From: Minisyncoccota bacterium
GTDB lineage: Bacteria > Patescibacteriota > Minisyncoccia > Phycocordibacterales > UBA9973
DNA: 64,000 nt
Reading direction: 5' to 3'
NCBI GenBank assembly: GCA_035491955.1
Contig: DATJJU010000003.1
Coordinates: forward strand, 15,306 to 79,305
Shown here: positions 8,603-19,033 of the stretch, one piece after another
Position numbering within the stretch: position 1 is the first letter of the stretch
Layout: each line of letters begins with the position of its first letter
Position numbers and translations under genes: made by a program
The notes under the pieces: model-generated
Databases searched by the model: none
Told to the model about the DNA's origin: nothing
Seen by the model: the letters and a program-made list of their open reading frames with translations, nothing else

Positions 8603-9504
8603 AATCAATTCTCTCAATCTCAATAATGGCAGCCATCGGCTTATTGATCCTAGCGATCCTTTTGCCCACGCAAACTAATCAAATGGCGCAAAGAGTACTA
8701 GGGGAGATGACCAGTATCGGCAATAGTTCGCTTATAAGCAATCCTGTCGCTACTCTATCGAACAAACTCGCCAGTGCCGTTAATACTCAAACACTAAAGT
8801 CATCCAGTGCTGATAATTCTGTGCTTTCTGCGGCAGATATTATTGATGCTACCAATCAGGAGCGTCTCGATGATGGGCTACCTCCACTGAAGACCAATAA
8901 TGAACTAGCAGCGTCAGCGAAGCTCAAGGTAGAGGATATGATCACCAATCAATATTTTGACCACACCTCTCCTTCAGGCAAGACAGTGGCTGACTTGGGA
9001 CAACAGGTAGGGTATGACTACGTAGTCATGGGCGAGAACCTGGCTCTCGGCGACTTCACGAGTGCTCACGACCTTCTTCAGGCCTGGATGAAAAGTCCTG
9101 GTCATCGCGCCAACATTCTTAATGACACGTACCAAGACATTGGCGTCTATGCCGCACAGGGAATGTACCAGGGTCACATGGTCTGGTTCGCTGTTCAACA
9201 CTTCGGCACAGAGCGCACCGCCTGTCCTCCGCTTGATACAACTCTCAAGACGACTATCGATACACTTAATGCCACCCTCAAGAATGAAGAGGCACAGATC
9301 GAAAGTCTTCGCGCACAGATCGAAGATCCTAACCACCCAACAGGTTCGACATACTCAACGCTCATCAGTAAGTTCAACAGCATGGTCTCTATGTACAACT
9401 CTCAGCTGGTGACATCTCAATCACAGATCAGTTCATACAACAAACAAGTTGTAGCATTCAACAAATGTCTTTCTCAATACCAGACTTCTAAATCAAAAGA
9501 GTAG
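8596..9504 (+). CDS. CAP/SCP/PR1-like domain protein (YkwD-like), N-terminal TM anchor, C-terminal coiled-coil tail
   Basis: CAP motifs NQERLDDGLPPL...HTSPSGKT...GENLALG...AWMKSPGHRANIL; start overlaps the previous stop by 7 nt. Confidence 0.7.
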   Translation: MLKSILSISIMAAIGLLILAILLPTQTNQMAQRVLGEMTSIGNSSLISNPVATLSNKLASAVNTQTLKSSSADNSVLSAADIIDATNQERLDDGLPPLKTNNELAASAKLKVEDMITNQYFDHTSPSGKTVADLGQQVGYDYVVMGENLALGDFTSAHDLLQAWMKSPGHRANILNDTYQDIGVYAAQGMYQGHMVWFAVQHFGTERTACPPLDTTLKTTIDTLNATLKNEEAQIESLRAQIEDPNHPTGSTYSTLISKFNSMVSMYNSQLVTSQSQISSYNKQVVAFNKCLSQYQTSKSKE

Positions 9505-10056
9505 GGGAAGAATACGTTTTGTGCGCTTCATGTAGGCAGGGTACTGATCAGGAAATTGTTCGAGCATGTAGGCCTCCTCTTGCGCGGCTTTAATGTAGAA
9601 GCTGGCCATCATGATAATGAATCCTAGCAACGCGCCGACTGTACCGATAGCGAGGCCGGTAGCGAGAAGGAGAAGAAAGATGGCAGCATAGATAGGATGG
9701 CGAACATAGTGATATGGTCCGGAGGTCACAAGCTCGTGGCCTTTTTTAATTTGCACTGAGCCGCTCCAGTTTGAGCCAAGAGTCACGCGAGACCAGATAG
9801 CAAGTGCTACTCCGAGCACTGCGAGAATGTTCGCGATGATAATAACGTGATGCGTAGGGTAGATGAGAAAAATATTGAATGGAAAAATTTTTGTAAAGAT
9901 ATTGCCCTCCCATAGGAACATCCAGCCGATGAATAGGGTAATGACATACCATATGCGGTCTTTGCCGCTGCGCTTCTTCGCTGTCTCCTTCGTCCATCCC
10001 CACGTCGCGATCCAGAAAATTAAAAATGTAAGCCAACTGATTGAAATAATATTCAT
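9493..10056 (-). CDS. Isoprenylcysteine carboxyl methyltransferase (ICMT/PEMT-like) family membrane protein
   Basis: HELVTSGPYHYVRHPIYAAIFLLL motif; multiple TM helices; start placed at MNIISI (6 nt after a TATACT -10). Confidence 0.65.
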   Translation of the reverse strand: MNIISISWLTFLIFWIATWGWTKETAKKRSGKDRIWYVITLFIGWMFLWEGNIFTKIFPFNIFLIYPTHHVIIIANILAVLGVALAIWSRVTLGSNWSGSVQIKKGHELVTSGPYHYVRHPIYAAIFLLLLATGLAIGTVGALLGFIIMMASFYIKAAQEEAYMLEQFPDQYPAYMKRTKRILPLLF

Positions 10057-10062
10057 ACATTT

Positions 10063-10068
10063 AGTATA
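10063..10068 (-). promoter_or_regulatory. -10 box TATACT (minus strand) 6 nt upstream of the 10056 ATG
   Basis: Reverse complement of agtata at 10063-10068. Confidence 0.4.
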
Positions 10069-10261
10069 CGCTCGCTGACTATCGATACAACCCTCCATTG
10101 TTGGCTGAGGGGAGCACTACCCTGAGATTGTATTAACGTCGCACAATATATCTTTTACGACGTATATATCAAAAATAAAGCTTTATATATAAATATCTGC
10201 AGCGTTTGCGCTGGATCTGAGTTGCTGGTACTATTCCCTAAATTAATCAAAAGGAGGAGCT

Positions 10262-10744
10262 TTGGAACTTCATAAAAAATTCTTTCAAATTGCCGCTCAT
10301 GTGGCCATTCATTCACTTTGTCTTAGAGACAAATGTGGCAGCATACTTGTGCTCAACGAGGACGTGATTGCTAGTGGCTACAACTCACCACCTGGCAATC
10401 ATACTGATGACCGTAAATGCGAGTATCAGTTCCCTCTTGATCGACTAAAACCGAAGACTGACTGTACTTGCTGTATGCACGCTGAGCAGCGTGCCATCAT
10501 GCATGCCTTGAAGTCTGGCAAAGATATCAGAGGCAGTACCTTATACTTCACTCGCGTCGACAAAGACGGCGAGATCGAATATTCTGGTGATCCATATTGT
10601 ACGGTTTGCAGCCGCATGGCCTATGACGCTGGTATTGCATACTGGGTGCTGTGGCATGAGTCAGGCATCAAAGTATACTCGGCAAAAGAGATCTATGACC
10701 TCACCTACGAGTTTCAGAAAAAATCAAAAGGAAGGCATGCTTGA
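10262..10744 (+). CDS. CMP/dCMP deaminase family zinc enzyme (ComEB-like) with an insertion before the PCxxC motif; TTG start
   Basis: HAEQRAI and PYCTVC zinc-ligand motifs; AAGGAGG RBS 4 nt upstream. Confidence 0.65.
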   Translation: MELHKKFFQIAAHVAIHSLCLRDKCGSILVLNEDVIASGYNSPPGNHTDDRKCEYQFPLDRLKPKTDCTCCMHAEQRAIMHALKSGKDIRGSTLYFTRVDKDGEIEYSGDPYCTVCSRMAYDAGIAYWVLWHESGIKVYSAKEIYDLTYEFQKKSKGRHA

Positions 10745-10812
10745 ATTGCAAACGCTTCATCGAAAAACCCCCAATAAGTCTAACGACATTGGGGGTTTAT
10801 TAAATTAACTTC

Positions 10813-11520
10813 CTATTTTTTAACTAGTGCTTTCGGAAACTCACGAAGGAGTATGTAGCACATTGTAGTAATCATCATCGCTTGGAAGTTCAGAGGATTT
10901 TCCATGACCTGAAGTTCCCATCTAGTGTCTTTTGCAATAGAGAGAGCATGAACGCTCCCGACGACTATAAATATGTTCTTATAATCATTCTGATACTGTC
11001 GAGCACGATCAATGAAGAAACTGTCTGTTTTATTTTCAATCTCAAGAAGTTCCTGGCACAATTTAATTGTTTCCGGAGAAGAATCTACATTGAGAGAAAA
11101 GTCGCATTGATCATTAAGGATCATGTGCAGGGCTTCCACCATGCTCTCTGGTCGATGAAAACGCATCTGATTGATGTATTCCTTACCAAGTTTCTGCAGT
11201 CTCTGCAGCTGGTTTCCGTACTGTAAGAATCGAGAAGGATTGAATGAATTTCTGTAATCAGAAAGCAGTATGTCAGGAGTATATCCATTACTAGCAAGGA
11301 GGGGCGAAATTTTCGCAAGCTTCTTCACATAGTTAGGATGGCTAGATTTTACAACCGTACTGTCGAGCTGCCCCTCGCTTATGATAAGCGTATGGGAGTC
11401 AATCATCTTCCCATAGCGAGCCATAAACAGTACATCTGCTTGTTCGCTCAGGATGTTTCTTTGATACATAGCGTCAAAGCTCTCGGAGTGAGCGGTACCA
11501 ATGATTTTTATAGTGGCCAT
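10813..11520 (-). CDS. Hypothetical protein, possibly TraB/GumN family
   Basis: N-terminal IKIIGTAHSES and C-terminal IFIVVGSVHALSI resemble TraB-family terminal motifs; weak. Confidence 0.35.
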   Translation of the reverse strand: MATIKIIGTAHSESFDAMYQRNILSEQADVLFMARYGKMIDSHTLIISEGQLDSTVVKSSHPNYVKKLAKISPLLASNGYTPDILLSDYRNSFNPSRFLQYGNQLQRLQKLGKEYINQMRFHRPESMVEALHMILNDQCDFSLNVDSSPETIKLCQELLEIENKTDSFFIDRARQYQNDYKNIFIVVGSVHALSIAKDTRWELQVMENPLNFQAMMITTMCYILLREFPKALVKK

Positions 11521-11613
11521 ATAAAGTGCTGTTTGTTTCCTACTACTCTACCCTATTTCTTGACAAAGTCAAGAAATGATGTAATATAATAAAAAATTAA
11601 AACAAAGAAATAA

Positions 11614-12063
11614 ATGGGACCTTCAAAAGAACTTGAAGCTGCAGCAGAAAATACTGTAGCTTACTCTCAGGAAAGCTTAATTAAATGGCTTCTGGTTTTT
11701 CAAAAAATAGGAGTTGATGCTGGCTTTACCTCTTCACAGATAGTAAGGAGATCAAAAGAGAATACTTCTTTTGATCTGGATATCGACAACGATACAATAT
11801 TTAATATTCATTCGGATATTACGCCCGAAGCGGATACTACTGTATTCGTCGTAATTAATTTTAAAGACAAGAACGTCGCTGAAATTGGTAAAGAAGTCTA
11901 TAACTTTGATAACGAAAGTGGTGCACCAGAAGATCTGCTTCAGAAAATTTCCCCCACCCTTGGTTTCAAAGGCACATGGGAGGAAGTAACGAGGAAATGG
12001 ATTGAGTTGAAAGCAATCGTTGCTGCAAACTCCAACATTCCTCCTGTACCAGACGATTTATAG
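11614..12063 (+). CDS. Hypothetical protein
   Basis: 149-aa ORF with no recognisable motif; followed by two terminator hairpins. Confidence 0.45.
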   Translation: MGPSKELEAAAENTVAYSQESLIKWLLVFQKIGVDAGFTSSQIVRRSKENTSFDLDIDNDTIFNIHSDITPEADTTVFVVINFKDKNVAEIGKEVYNFDNESGAPEDLLQKISPTLGFKGTWEEVTRKWIELKAIVAANSNIPPVPDDL

Positions 12064-12086
12064 TCGTACGTTAGGGGTTTAAATTG

Positions 12087-12122
12087 TAAAACAGCTTGAT
12101 ATCACATCAAGCTGTTTTTTAT
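12087..12122. terminator. Bidirectional rho-independent terminator
   Basis: acagcttgat-atcac-atcaagctgt perfect 10-bp stem, then TTTTTT; an A-run precedes it. Confidence 0.8.
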
Positions 12123-12156
12123 TGTACAATCTTAGGGAATGTTAATTTTATACGGA

Positions 12157-12201
12157 CCCCCCTCTCTGAGCCTCGGCCGTGGCAATAAGAGAGGGTTTTT
12201 G
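12157..12201 (+). terminator. Second hairpin (8-bp stem, 20-nt structured loop) plus T-run, at the 3' end of the convergent amine oxidase gene
   Basis: ccctctct ... agagaggg followed by TTTTT. Confidence 0.5.
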
Positions 12202-12210
12202 TATTGGCAA

Positions 12211-13491
12211 TCAGGCTGGAATCGATAAAATTTTTTCTGCCACTTCTTTTCCGCTTGCCAGAGCTCCTTCTACGGTGGCGATCTCTTTGCCTGTGTAGAG
12301 TGCTTCGCCGGCAAAAAATAATTTGTCTTGAATTGATTCAAGTAGGATATCTGCTGACTCTTTATATCCTACTGTGGGATAGCTATACGCACCTTGCGTG
12401 TACGGATCTGCGGCCCAGTTCATGACCTTGCTTGCAACAAGCTCATTTTGCAGCATTTCTTTTTCTAGGCTAAATGTCTTTGCAAGGCATGTCAGCGCAA
12501 TATCAAGAATCTCTTCATCAGAGCTTTCTTTGAATTGCCATACTTTCGGGCCAGCGAACCATCCTGTGATGATTGGTATATCGTGAGGATACTGCGTCCA
12601 CCAAGTGCTCATTAGTTCGTTTGAAATGATCATTTGCATGTCTTTGTACTCGCCATTGTTCAGCGGTTTCCAAAACTCAGTTTTAAATTTCAAAAACATT
12701 TTTATAGCAGGACCAAAACCCATTGCATCTATGGCAGCCATTTTTTCAGGAATAGCGGGAGTGAAAGAAATAGTTTTTATGATCGGCAATGCTACAGTCA
12801 CAATAACTTTTTCGGCTTCATACGCAGCTCCTGTTTTGGTATGTATAGCCACCCCTTGATCAGTCATTTCAATGCCGGTAACTTCTGTATTGAGCACTAT
12901 CTCTGTGCCCTGCTTCTTACATTCTGATTCAAGGAAAGCGACCATAGCGCCGTAGCCTTCCATAACACGACCTTGCTCCCATCCTTCTTCATTTGCCCAT
13001 TCGTCACGGATAGCAAGCGCGCTGATGCGATCCAAATCACCAGCATCGTAGCCTTCGATCATTCGTGTCACGTCATTGCGGAGGACCTCGTATTTTTCAT
13101 CGCTAAAGTAAGCAGAGATAAATTCGCTCATAGAAATATCCTCAGTAAGCGTACTGAGCTTTTCAGTAAAAGCCCCCTTTTCAACTTCCAGAAAGTCATT
13201 CTTCTTAGGAGAGCCGCTGTGCACGCTCCAATAGTCTCCTTCTACAGGCACAACGTGCATATTTGCTTCTGCGAGCAATGCTCTGGTCACTGCTCCATTG
13301 CCATGCACAAACTCAGCAGCTCCTTCCAATGGGTAACCTAGCATCTCTTCACTAATAGGCGCAATACGTCCACCAACTCTGTCTCTAGCTTCTAAAACGA
13401 GTATCTTCTTTCCATTTTTCCCTAATTCCCTTGCTGCCATCAATCCTGATGCTCCTGCACCAATAACGATAATGTCTGATTTCATAGTCAT
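12211..13491 (-). CDS. Flavin-containing amine oxidase family protein (FAD-dependent oxidoreductase)
   Basis: N-terminal Rossmann DIIVIGAGASGLMAARELGKNGKKILVLEARDRVGGR; ~426 aa. Confidence 0.8.
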   Translation of the reverse strand: MTMKSDIIVIGAGASGLMAARELGKNGKKILVLEARDRVGGRIAPISEEMLGYPLEGAAEFVHGNGAVTRALLAEANMHVVPVEGDYWSVHSGSPKKNDFLEVEKGAFTEKLSTLTEDISMSEFISAYFSDEKYEVLRNDVTRMIEGYDAGDLDRISALAIRDEWANEEGWEQGRVMEGYGAMVAFLESECKKQGTEIVLNTEVTGIEMTDQGVAIHTKTGAAYEAEKVIVTVALPIIKTISFTPAIPEKMAAIDAMGFGPAIKMFLKFKTEFWKPLNNGEYKDMQMIISNELMSTWWTQYPHDIPIITGWFAGPKVWQFKESSDEEILDIALTCLAKTFSLEKEMLQNELVASKVMNWAADPYTQGAYSYPTVGYKESADILLESIQDKLFFAGEALYTGKEIATVEGALASGKEVAEKILSIPA

Positions 13492-13834
13492 AGTATATCA
13501 GCTTCCTGCGGTAGATAGACTTTTGACTCAAAGCGGTTTGACAATATCATTTATATATTGTAATTTAGATAAAACTTAAATCATTAAAAAATGACAAATA
13601 CAGATGCATTCTTTCTGAGCACGTTGGGGAGATGTATCATTGGCATCCCTTGTGCAATACTCTGCATATATTTTATCTTTGATTTAGTCTTGCATAAAAA
13701 TGTAATTTCTAAAGCAATTAAATACTATGTATTCGGACAACGAAAAGTAGATGTAAAAAACTTAGAAACATACAGTCTTAATCATTAGCGATTACAAACA
13801 ATCGATTCACTCTGATGATATTGACCTTCCCTAC

Positions 13835-14413
13835 TTGCTACGGTTTCTTACGTATATAACTCCCGGTTCAACTGTTTTGGACTATGGATGCGGTGCAGGA
13901 AATCTCTCTCATACACTATGGGAGCGCGGTTTTAAACCATTAGGATCTGATGTCTCGGAAAGCTTCATTTCTTTGGCACGTGAGACATATCCTGAGATAG
14001 GTTTCTTAAAAGCTACAAGTAAAGATTTGTTCAAAATGGGATTGCGATTTGATGCAATTGTTTGTGCATACTCAGTGATTCATCTGAGTCCTTATATGTT
14101 GCAATATGCTCTTCTGGACTTTAAAAAGCTTATTAATAGAGATGGGTATCTGTATCTTTCTTTGCAAAATAGTCTAGATGATCAAGATGGGTATACATGG
14201 GAAAAACATTCGATTCCATATAGACCTGAGATGAATCTCTGGATCAACACATTCACAGCATTTGATATTAAATATCTTTTAGTACATTATGGGTTTGAGG
14301 TTATTGATATTTCCTTTCGGGATCCTGTTGAAAACGAGTTCCCTTTTAGGAAGATGTTTGTAATTGCAAAAAACAACAATACTAAGCCTTCTATCGGATC
14401 GTTTTATTTTTAA
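13835..14413 (+). CDS. Class I SAM-dependent methyltransferase (TTG start as in the ORF track; true start uncertain)
   Basis: Motif I VLDYGCGAGNLS and downstream Methyltransf_11-like layout. Confidence 0.65.
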   Translation: MLRFLTYITPGSTVLDYGCGAGNLSHTLWERGFKPLGSDVSESFISLARETYPEIGFLKATSKDLFKMGLRFDAIVCAYSVIHLSPYMLQYALLDFKKLINRDGYLYLSLQNSLDDQDGYTWEKHSIPYRPEMNLWINTFTAFDIKYLLVHYGFEVIDISFRDPVENEFPFRKMFVIAKNNNTKPSIGSFYF

Positions 14414-14552
14414 TTGACAAATAAAAGTAAAAAGCTAACATGTGATCAGTTTAGAGTTATTCAAACTTTGTTACGGAAAAAGGATCCATCCGTATGGAGT
14501 TGCTCAGGCACGAATAATAAAGAATAGTTCTCACACTACGGTGACCAGAGAA

Positions 14553-14584
14553 TGCCCCGACCAAGGTCGGGGTTTGTTTTTTTG
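14553..14584 (+). terminator. Rho-independent terminator
   Basis: ccccgacc-aa-ggtcgggg hairpin followed by tttgttttttttg. Confidence 0.7.
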
Positions 14585-14667
14585 TTCACAGGATGAATCT
14601 TTGATTTATTTGATACACTATTAATGAAGGGCAAATAAGTGCCTCAGTTTAATATTATTAAGTATCT

Positions 14668-15153
14668 GTGATAAGACGGATGGCGCGAGGCTTTCCGTCT
14701 TTTTTATTTGCCGATTTTATGTATAATCCTCTCAAATCGATTGTTATGACAACACAAAACTTTGAAGTTCATCTAAAGGATCCTCTTTTTGATAGGATAT
14801 TGAAAAAGGGATTTATTCCTTCCGGCCTTACGCTTGAGTCGTCTTATGAACAATATGTCGAGAAGGCAAAAGAGTTTCTACAGACTATGACGGAAGAAGA
14901 AAAGAAGATGGTGCCACCAGTGCAAGGTCACTGGGATACCTGTACGCTGGAATTCTCAATTCCTGATGGTTCTGAGACTCGATTGTTTGAACTCGGCTTT
15001 AGGAATTTCTTCATGGCTTTAATGAATACCATTACCGGCTATAAGTTTGACCCCAATCCTCCTGGTCCTGAAAGAAAACCTGGATTGCTAGGGAGAAATC
15101 TTCTTGCAAGTTTGCATGAAAATGAAAATAGGTTTCCAAAACGGTACTGGTAA
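14668..15153 (+). CDS. Hypothetical protein (real start may be the internal MTTQNF)
   Basis: 161-aa ORF with no recognisable motif. Confidence 0.4.
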   Translation: MIRRMARGFPSFLFADFMYNPLKSIVMTTQNFEVHLKDPLFDRILKKGFIPSGLTLESSYEQYVEKAKEFLQTMTEEEKKMVPPVQGHWDTCTLEFSIPDGSETRLFELGFRNFFMALMNTITGYKFDPNPPGPERKPGLLGRNLLASLHENENRFPKRYW

Positions 15154-15231
15154 GTGTATACTCTATTCGGGATTGTTTTAATTGATTAGTTCCTCCGGCC
15201 CTCAGTGTTCCAGACTGAAGCCGGAGGTTTT

Positions 15232-16707
15232 TTATTGTTCGTTCAAAGCCTTTCTTGTTTGCGGACCAACGACGCCGATAGCAACAATATGCTGAGCTTT
15301 TTGATATTTGATGACGGCGGCTTTGGTGGCAGGACCAAAAAGGTCGGTTTCGTGATTGAGTGAGCCAGGACCGGTAGCAGCAACTGAAAATCCATGAGTA
15401 TTGAGGAAGTGCTGAAGCTCCTGTACTTCAGAGTTTTTTGAACCAAGGGAAAGAGTAAGTGTGAACATCAACGCGACTGGCGGAGTGGTAATCGGAGTTG
15501 CGATCACTGGTGGCGTAGCGACTGGCGTGGCATAGGTGCAGCCTTTTGTCACATTCACGCCAGGAAATGACCCTTGATAGTTGGTTGCATTTGGGTCAGT
15601 ACAAAACCATGCTGATCCGCCGCTAATTCCCCCTTGCGAAGCGACCACAGGCACGGTCGCAGGCGGCGGTGTACACGCAGAAGTAGTAAATGAAGTAGAG
15701 CTTGTGTCAAATAAGTTGTTGTTTGTCGTTGAAAATTCTTCAGCATAGTAGTGCGTGCCGCACACAAGATCAGTGGCGGTCAATGAGTATGTTCCATCAG
15801 AAAAACCGCTGCCATTAAAGTCTGTCACAGCGTCAAAATCTGAAAATGACGGATCGGTTGAGTATAGAAAGCCACGAGTGGTAACAGGACTTGTACCTAC
15901 AGATAATGTGCCATGAAAGGTCGCAGCGGTTTGCTGAATGCCGTCAATACTATCAAGGGTCATGTATTGGCCGATGATGGGAACATCAGCCAGCGTTGCC
16001 ACTTCCGTAGGATTCAAGACTCTGTTGTATAGGCGAACTTCATCAAGCGTGCCGATAAAATAATTATCATTATCATCACCAGAGCTGCCAAAATGAAAGT
16101 TTCCTACATTTGATCCGATAGTAGGACCTGTCCATGTATTAGTTCCTGCTAGTTCTCCATTTACATAAAGTGAAAATGTATAAGCACCATTGGCATAATG
16201 CCATGTCATTGCCAGATGGCTCCACTGGTTTTGGGTAATGGTTGGCCCCACTATTGCTACTTCATGGCTATTATCGGCATTTATTATGGCGCGCCAGGTT
16301 CCTGGTGAGCCATTCCCTCCTTCGTCGATAAGCATGTAGCCGCTTCCGATTATTTTCCAGCCCATTGGACTAATCCAATCGCTATACGCAGTAGGATACA
16401 CCCAGGCTGACATAGTGCCATCACCAGGGAAACTGCCCACTCCTGTATCAGCCGTTTGTCCGCTGCCATTAAATGATAGTCCTCCATTGGTGTGGCCTGT
16501 TGTCCATGTTGGTCCTCCTACGAGAAGTGCATTGGCACCTCTCGGGCTATCGTTAGCAATAAAACCGCTCCCATCATCAAGATTCCAGTAGTCGGTAAGG
16601 TTGCTGGTAATGTCAGCTGCATGTGCTGTCAACAAAGATTGTGTAAACGATAAAAAGAATACAGCAAAAATAATTGACGCAATACGCAAAGACGAAAACC
16701 TTTTCAT
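15232..16707 (-). CDS. Secreted LamG (concanavalin-like lectin) domain protein with C-terminal peptidoglycan-binding (PG_binding_1) domain
   Basis: Signal peptide; LDEVRLYNRVLNPTEV LamG_3 motif; C-terminal VQELQHFLNTHGF...GPATKAAVIKYQ...GVVGPQTRKAL. Confidence 0.65.
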   Translation of the reverse strand: MKRFSSLRIASIIFAVFFLSFTQSLLTAHAADITSNLTDYWNLDDGSGFIANDSPRGANALLVGGPTWTTGHTNGGLSFNGSGQTADTGVGSFPGDGTMSAWVYPTAYSDWISPMGWKIIGSGYMLIDEGGNGSPGTWRAIINADNSHEVAIVGPTITQNQWSHLAMTWHYANGAYTFSLYVNGELAGTNTWTGPTIGSNVGNFHFGSSGDDNDNYFIGTLDEVRLYNRVLNPTEVATLADVPIIGQYMTLDSIDGIQQTAATFHGTLSVGTSPVTTRGFLYSTDPSFSDFDAVTDFNGSGFSDGTYSLTATDLVCGTHYYAEEFSTTNNNLFDTSSTSFTTSACTPPPATVPVVASQGGISGGSAWFCTDPNATNYQGSFPGVNVTKGCTYATPVATPPVIATPITTPPVALMFTLTLSLGSKNSEVQELQHFLNTHGFSVAATGPGSLNHETDLFGPATKAAVIKYQKAQHIVAIGVVGPQTRKALNEQ

Positions 16708-16920
16708 GTTTCAATAGTATATCTTATTTTTATTTTTCTTTACAATTATTTTGATAGGTATACACTTAATAAAGATTTCTCATCGTAAGATGAAAGCTGT
16801 TTTTCATAGGTAGATGTAAAAGCGCCCGATCGCAAGGATCACGGCGCTTTTTTACTTCTGAGCAATAAGCACTACGTCTCGTTCTACTCTATCGACGATT
16901 GATCTATTTATATCACAAAA

Positions 16921-16951
16921 TAAAAAACCGGCCCACTTTCGTGAACCGGCC
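16921..16951 (-). terminator. Rho-independent terminator for the 16981-17691 gene (GAAA-tetraloop hairpin with two G-U wobbles, then a T-run on the minus strand)
   Basis: Reverse complement reads ggttcac-gaaa-gtgggcc then ggtttttta. Confidence 0.55.
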
Positions 16952-16980
16952 CCCCTAGAAACATCACACAAACATCTTCT

Positions 16981-17691
16981 TCATTTTATCTTGCAAGTAA
17001 ATCCAAGCGTAAATGCATGAACCGCTGTCACATGTGGAGCGTTGATGTCATTTGTAAACTGACATGCAACATATACTCCTGATTTGTGAGTCAACGAAGC
17101 ACTGATCGAACGAGCAAAGCCTTGTGTTCCATCGGAATAATCCAGATAGAAAAGATTAGCTGTTGCTGAAATCGTATATGTGCTGCCGAGTTGCTGACTG
17201 CGAGTATATTGGAAACTTGTATAAGTTCCCGCTATACCGTCGCTCAGCGGAATCGCTTTGGTATACCATGATTCAAGATCAAAGGCATTTTTGGGATCCA
17301 TAGTGAATCGCATCTGCAGTTTGGTAGTCGGATACGGTACGCTCATGGTTTTACCATTTGCTTGTTGTACGAATATCAGAGACCAGTCTATGGCTGCACT
17401 GGCTATCCAACGCCCAGCGGTATCGAGCTTGAGGTTGCCCTGAAGCCACGTATCGCCAAACCACCCTTGACCGTTTGTGAGGTCGATCCCAAGATCGGGA
17501 TTGGCCTCCAAACTGAATCGTTTGGTAGAAATGATGTTGCCATCAAATGCAAGAAATGCTGCCGGCTTGCCAAGCTTGAATGCTGGCACCGGAGCTAATC
17601 CGTTAGAAGTTACAAATGCGGTGATGCTTTGTGCTTTCGCAAAGCTCACAATACTTACCAAGATGATAAGTGTGAGGAATCCTTTTTTCAT
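16981..17691 (-). CDS. Secreted hypothetical protein
   Basis: Signal peptide MKKGFLTLIILVSIVSFAKAQ; Gly/aromatic-rich mature region. Confidence 0.5.
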   Translation of the reverse strand: MKKGFLTLIILVSIVSFAKAQSITAFVTSNGLAPVPAFKLGKPAAFLAFDGNIISTKRFSLEANPDLGIDLTNGQGWFGDTWLQGNLKLDTAGRWIASAAIDWSLIFVQQANGKTMSVPYPTTKLQMRFTMDPKNAFDLESWYTKAIPLSDGIAGTYTSFQYTRSQQLGSTYTISATANLFYLDYSDGTQGFARSISASLTHKSGVYVACQFTNDINAPHVTAVHAFTLGFTCKIK

Positions 17692-17720
17692 TACTATTCT
17701 TTTAAGGTTTTGATACTACA

Positions 17721-18884
17721 TTACTTACTGTTTTTCTTCGGTAAAAAAGTAGTAGTCCTTAATGGAATAGGTTCCACTAATTGTGGGAACCCGCGTAATA
17801 ACGATAATGAACATTCTTTAAGCCATTGCGTAGTGACCCGTGCGTAATACACGAGTCCGGTGGCGCAGTCATCAACCCATGCCTCAATCGGTATGAATGG
17901 AGCGTGGTGTGTATATGTGCATGATACAGCCCCGCAGTCCTGACCGTAATGATCGTGCTGGGTTGTTACTACCCGTATTGCTTCCCTCTTGTCGCGATAT
18001 ACGTGATACGTACTGGCCAAGCATGGAATACAACGAAGGATAATAGTAATGCATACTGCAACTAGAAATGAATGATGAATAATCTTTTGCTCAAGCTTCA
18101 GCATACTGTGAAGCTCAGCTTTTGTTATCATTCCTTTTGCAAAGCGTGATAGCTGAGCGAGTTCGTCTTTAGAGAGAATTGAAAGGAAGTCTTTCTTCCT
18201 TATTCTAACTGCACTCTCCATCTCTACTGTTCTCCACCATTGAATGGTAGATATAAGCAGTATCAGAGGGTGAAATGCGACAGCAAGCATGAAGCCGATT
18301 GGACTTCTCATTCGTAGTTTTCGAAGATCTGAGTCTTCGTATAACCATAAAAGAAAAAGTATCACTACAGCTGGAAGCATTTTGAGGTAGAGGTGTAAGA
18401 ACCATTTTCGCACAAGCTTCCAATCAATAGATTCTTCTTTTTTGTGTTCTCTGTATTCAGGAAATAAATTCGCCCGAGCTTTGACAACATCGTCATAAGA
18501 ATATCCACCAGTTTTAATACTTTTATTCATCAATCCTAGTAGTGTCTCAAAATTTGAAATTCCCATAGTGTAGCCACGCTGTTCTCTAAACGTAATAACT
18601 CGTTTCATATCGCCAAAATAGTCATAAGGAGAATATAATCCACCGTGTGCTACTTTTGCACTCGCTTTGTCTACAAGCTGGTCATAATACGCATTCACTT
18701 TCATCCATTGTTCGTTGTCATCTTCCTTAGATATTTTTTCTTTTGGAATATACGCATGATCATAGATGTTGTTTTTTGATTTGTCGGTGTTAAGGAAAAT
18801 AATTCCTGAAATAACACCGGTGCTAAATAAAAAATAGAACCAAAATCCTATTTTGTACAACACGATAAGTGCTTTTTTCATGAT
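17721..18884 (-). CDS. Hypothetical polytopic membrane protein with Cys/His-rich C-terminal segment (start at MKKALIV, preceded by a GGAGG RBS)
   Basis: RBS aaatcGGAGGaaataatc-ATG; several TM helices; C-terminal CIPC...HDHYGQDCGAVSCTYTHH...DDCATG. Confidence 0.5.
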   Translation of the reverse strand: MMKKALIVLYKIGFWFYFLFSTGVISGIIFLNTDKSKNNIYDHAYIPKEKISKEDDNEQWMKVNAYYDQLVDKASAKVAHGGLYSPYDYFGDMKRVITFREQRGYTMGISNFETLLGLMNKSIKTGGYSYDDVVKARANLFPEYREHKKEESIDWKLVRKWFLHLYLKMLPAVVILFLLWLYEDSDLRKLRMRSPIGFMLAVAFHPLILLISTIQWWRTVEMESAVRIRKKDFLSILSKDELAQLSRFAKGMITKAELHSMLKLEQKIIHHSFLVAVCITIILRCIPCLASTYHVYRDKREAIRVVTTQHDHYGQDCGAVSCTYTHHAPFIPIEAWVDDCATGLVYYARVTTQWLKECSLSLLRGFPQLVEPIPLRTTTFLPKKNSK

Positions 18885-19033
18885 TATTTCCTCCGATTTT
18901 TTAATTAAACATTTGGTATGCTTATAGCATAAAATATTTGACTTGTCAATCAATACGTGTTATGGCACAAGCTTAAATCCCGAGTACTTTTTTGAACAAA
19001 CCCCTACTGACCAAATGGTAGTAGGGGTTTTGT

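Noticed and set aside
10262-10744. dCMP deaminase as an anti-phage nucleotide-depletion gene
   Set aside because: It is a single ComEB-like housekeeping-type enzyme with no partner genes or defence-island context, so I read it as pyrimidine metabolism.
16822-16853. Second hairpin plus T6 in the 16.8-kb intergenic region as an independent terminator
   Set aside because: The stem is only 5 bp with a 15-nt loop, and the nearby GAAA-tetraloop hairpin at 16921-16951 already accounts for termination of the adjacent gene.
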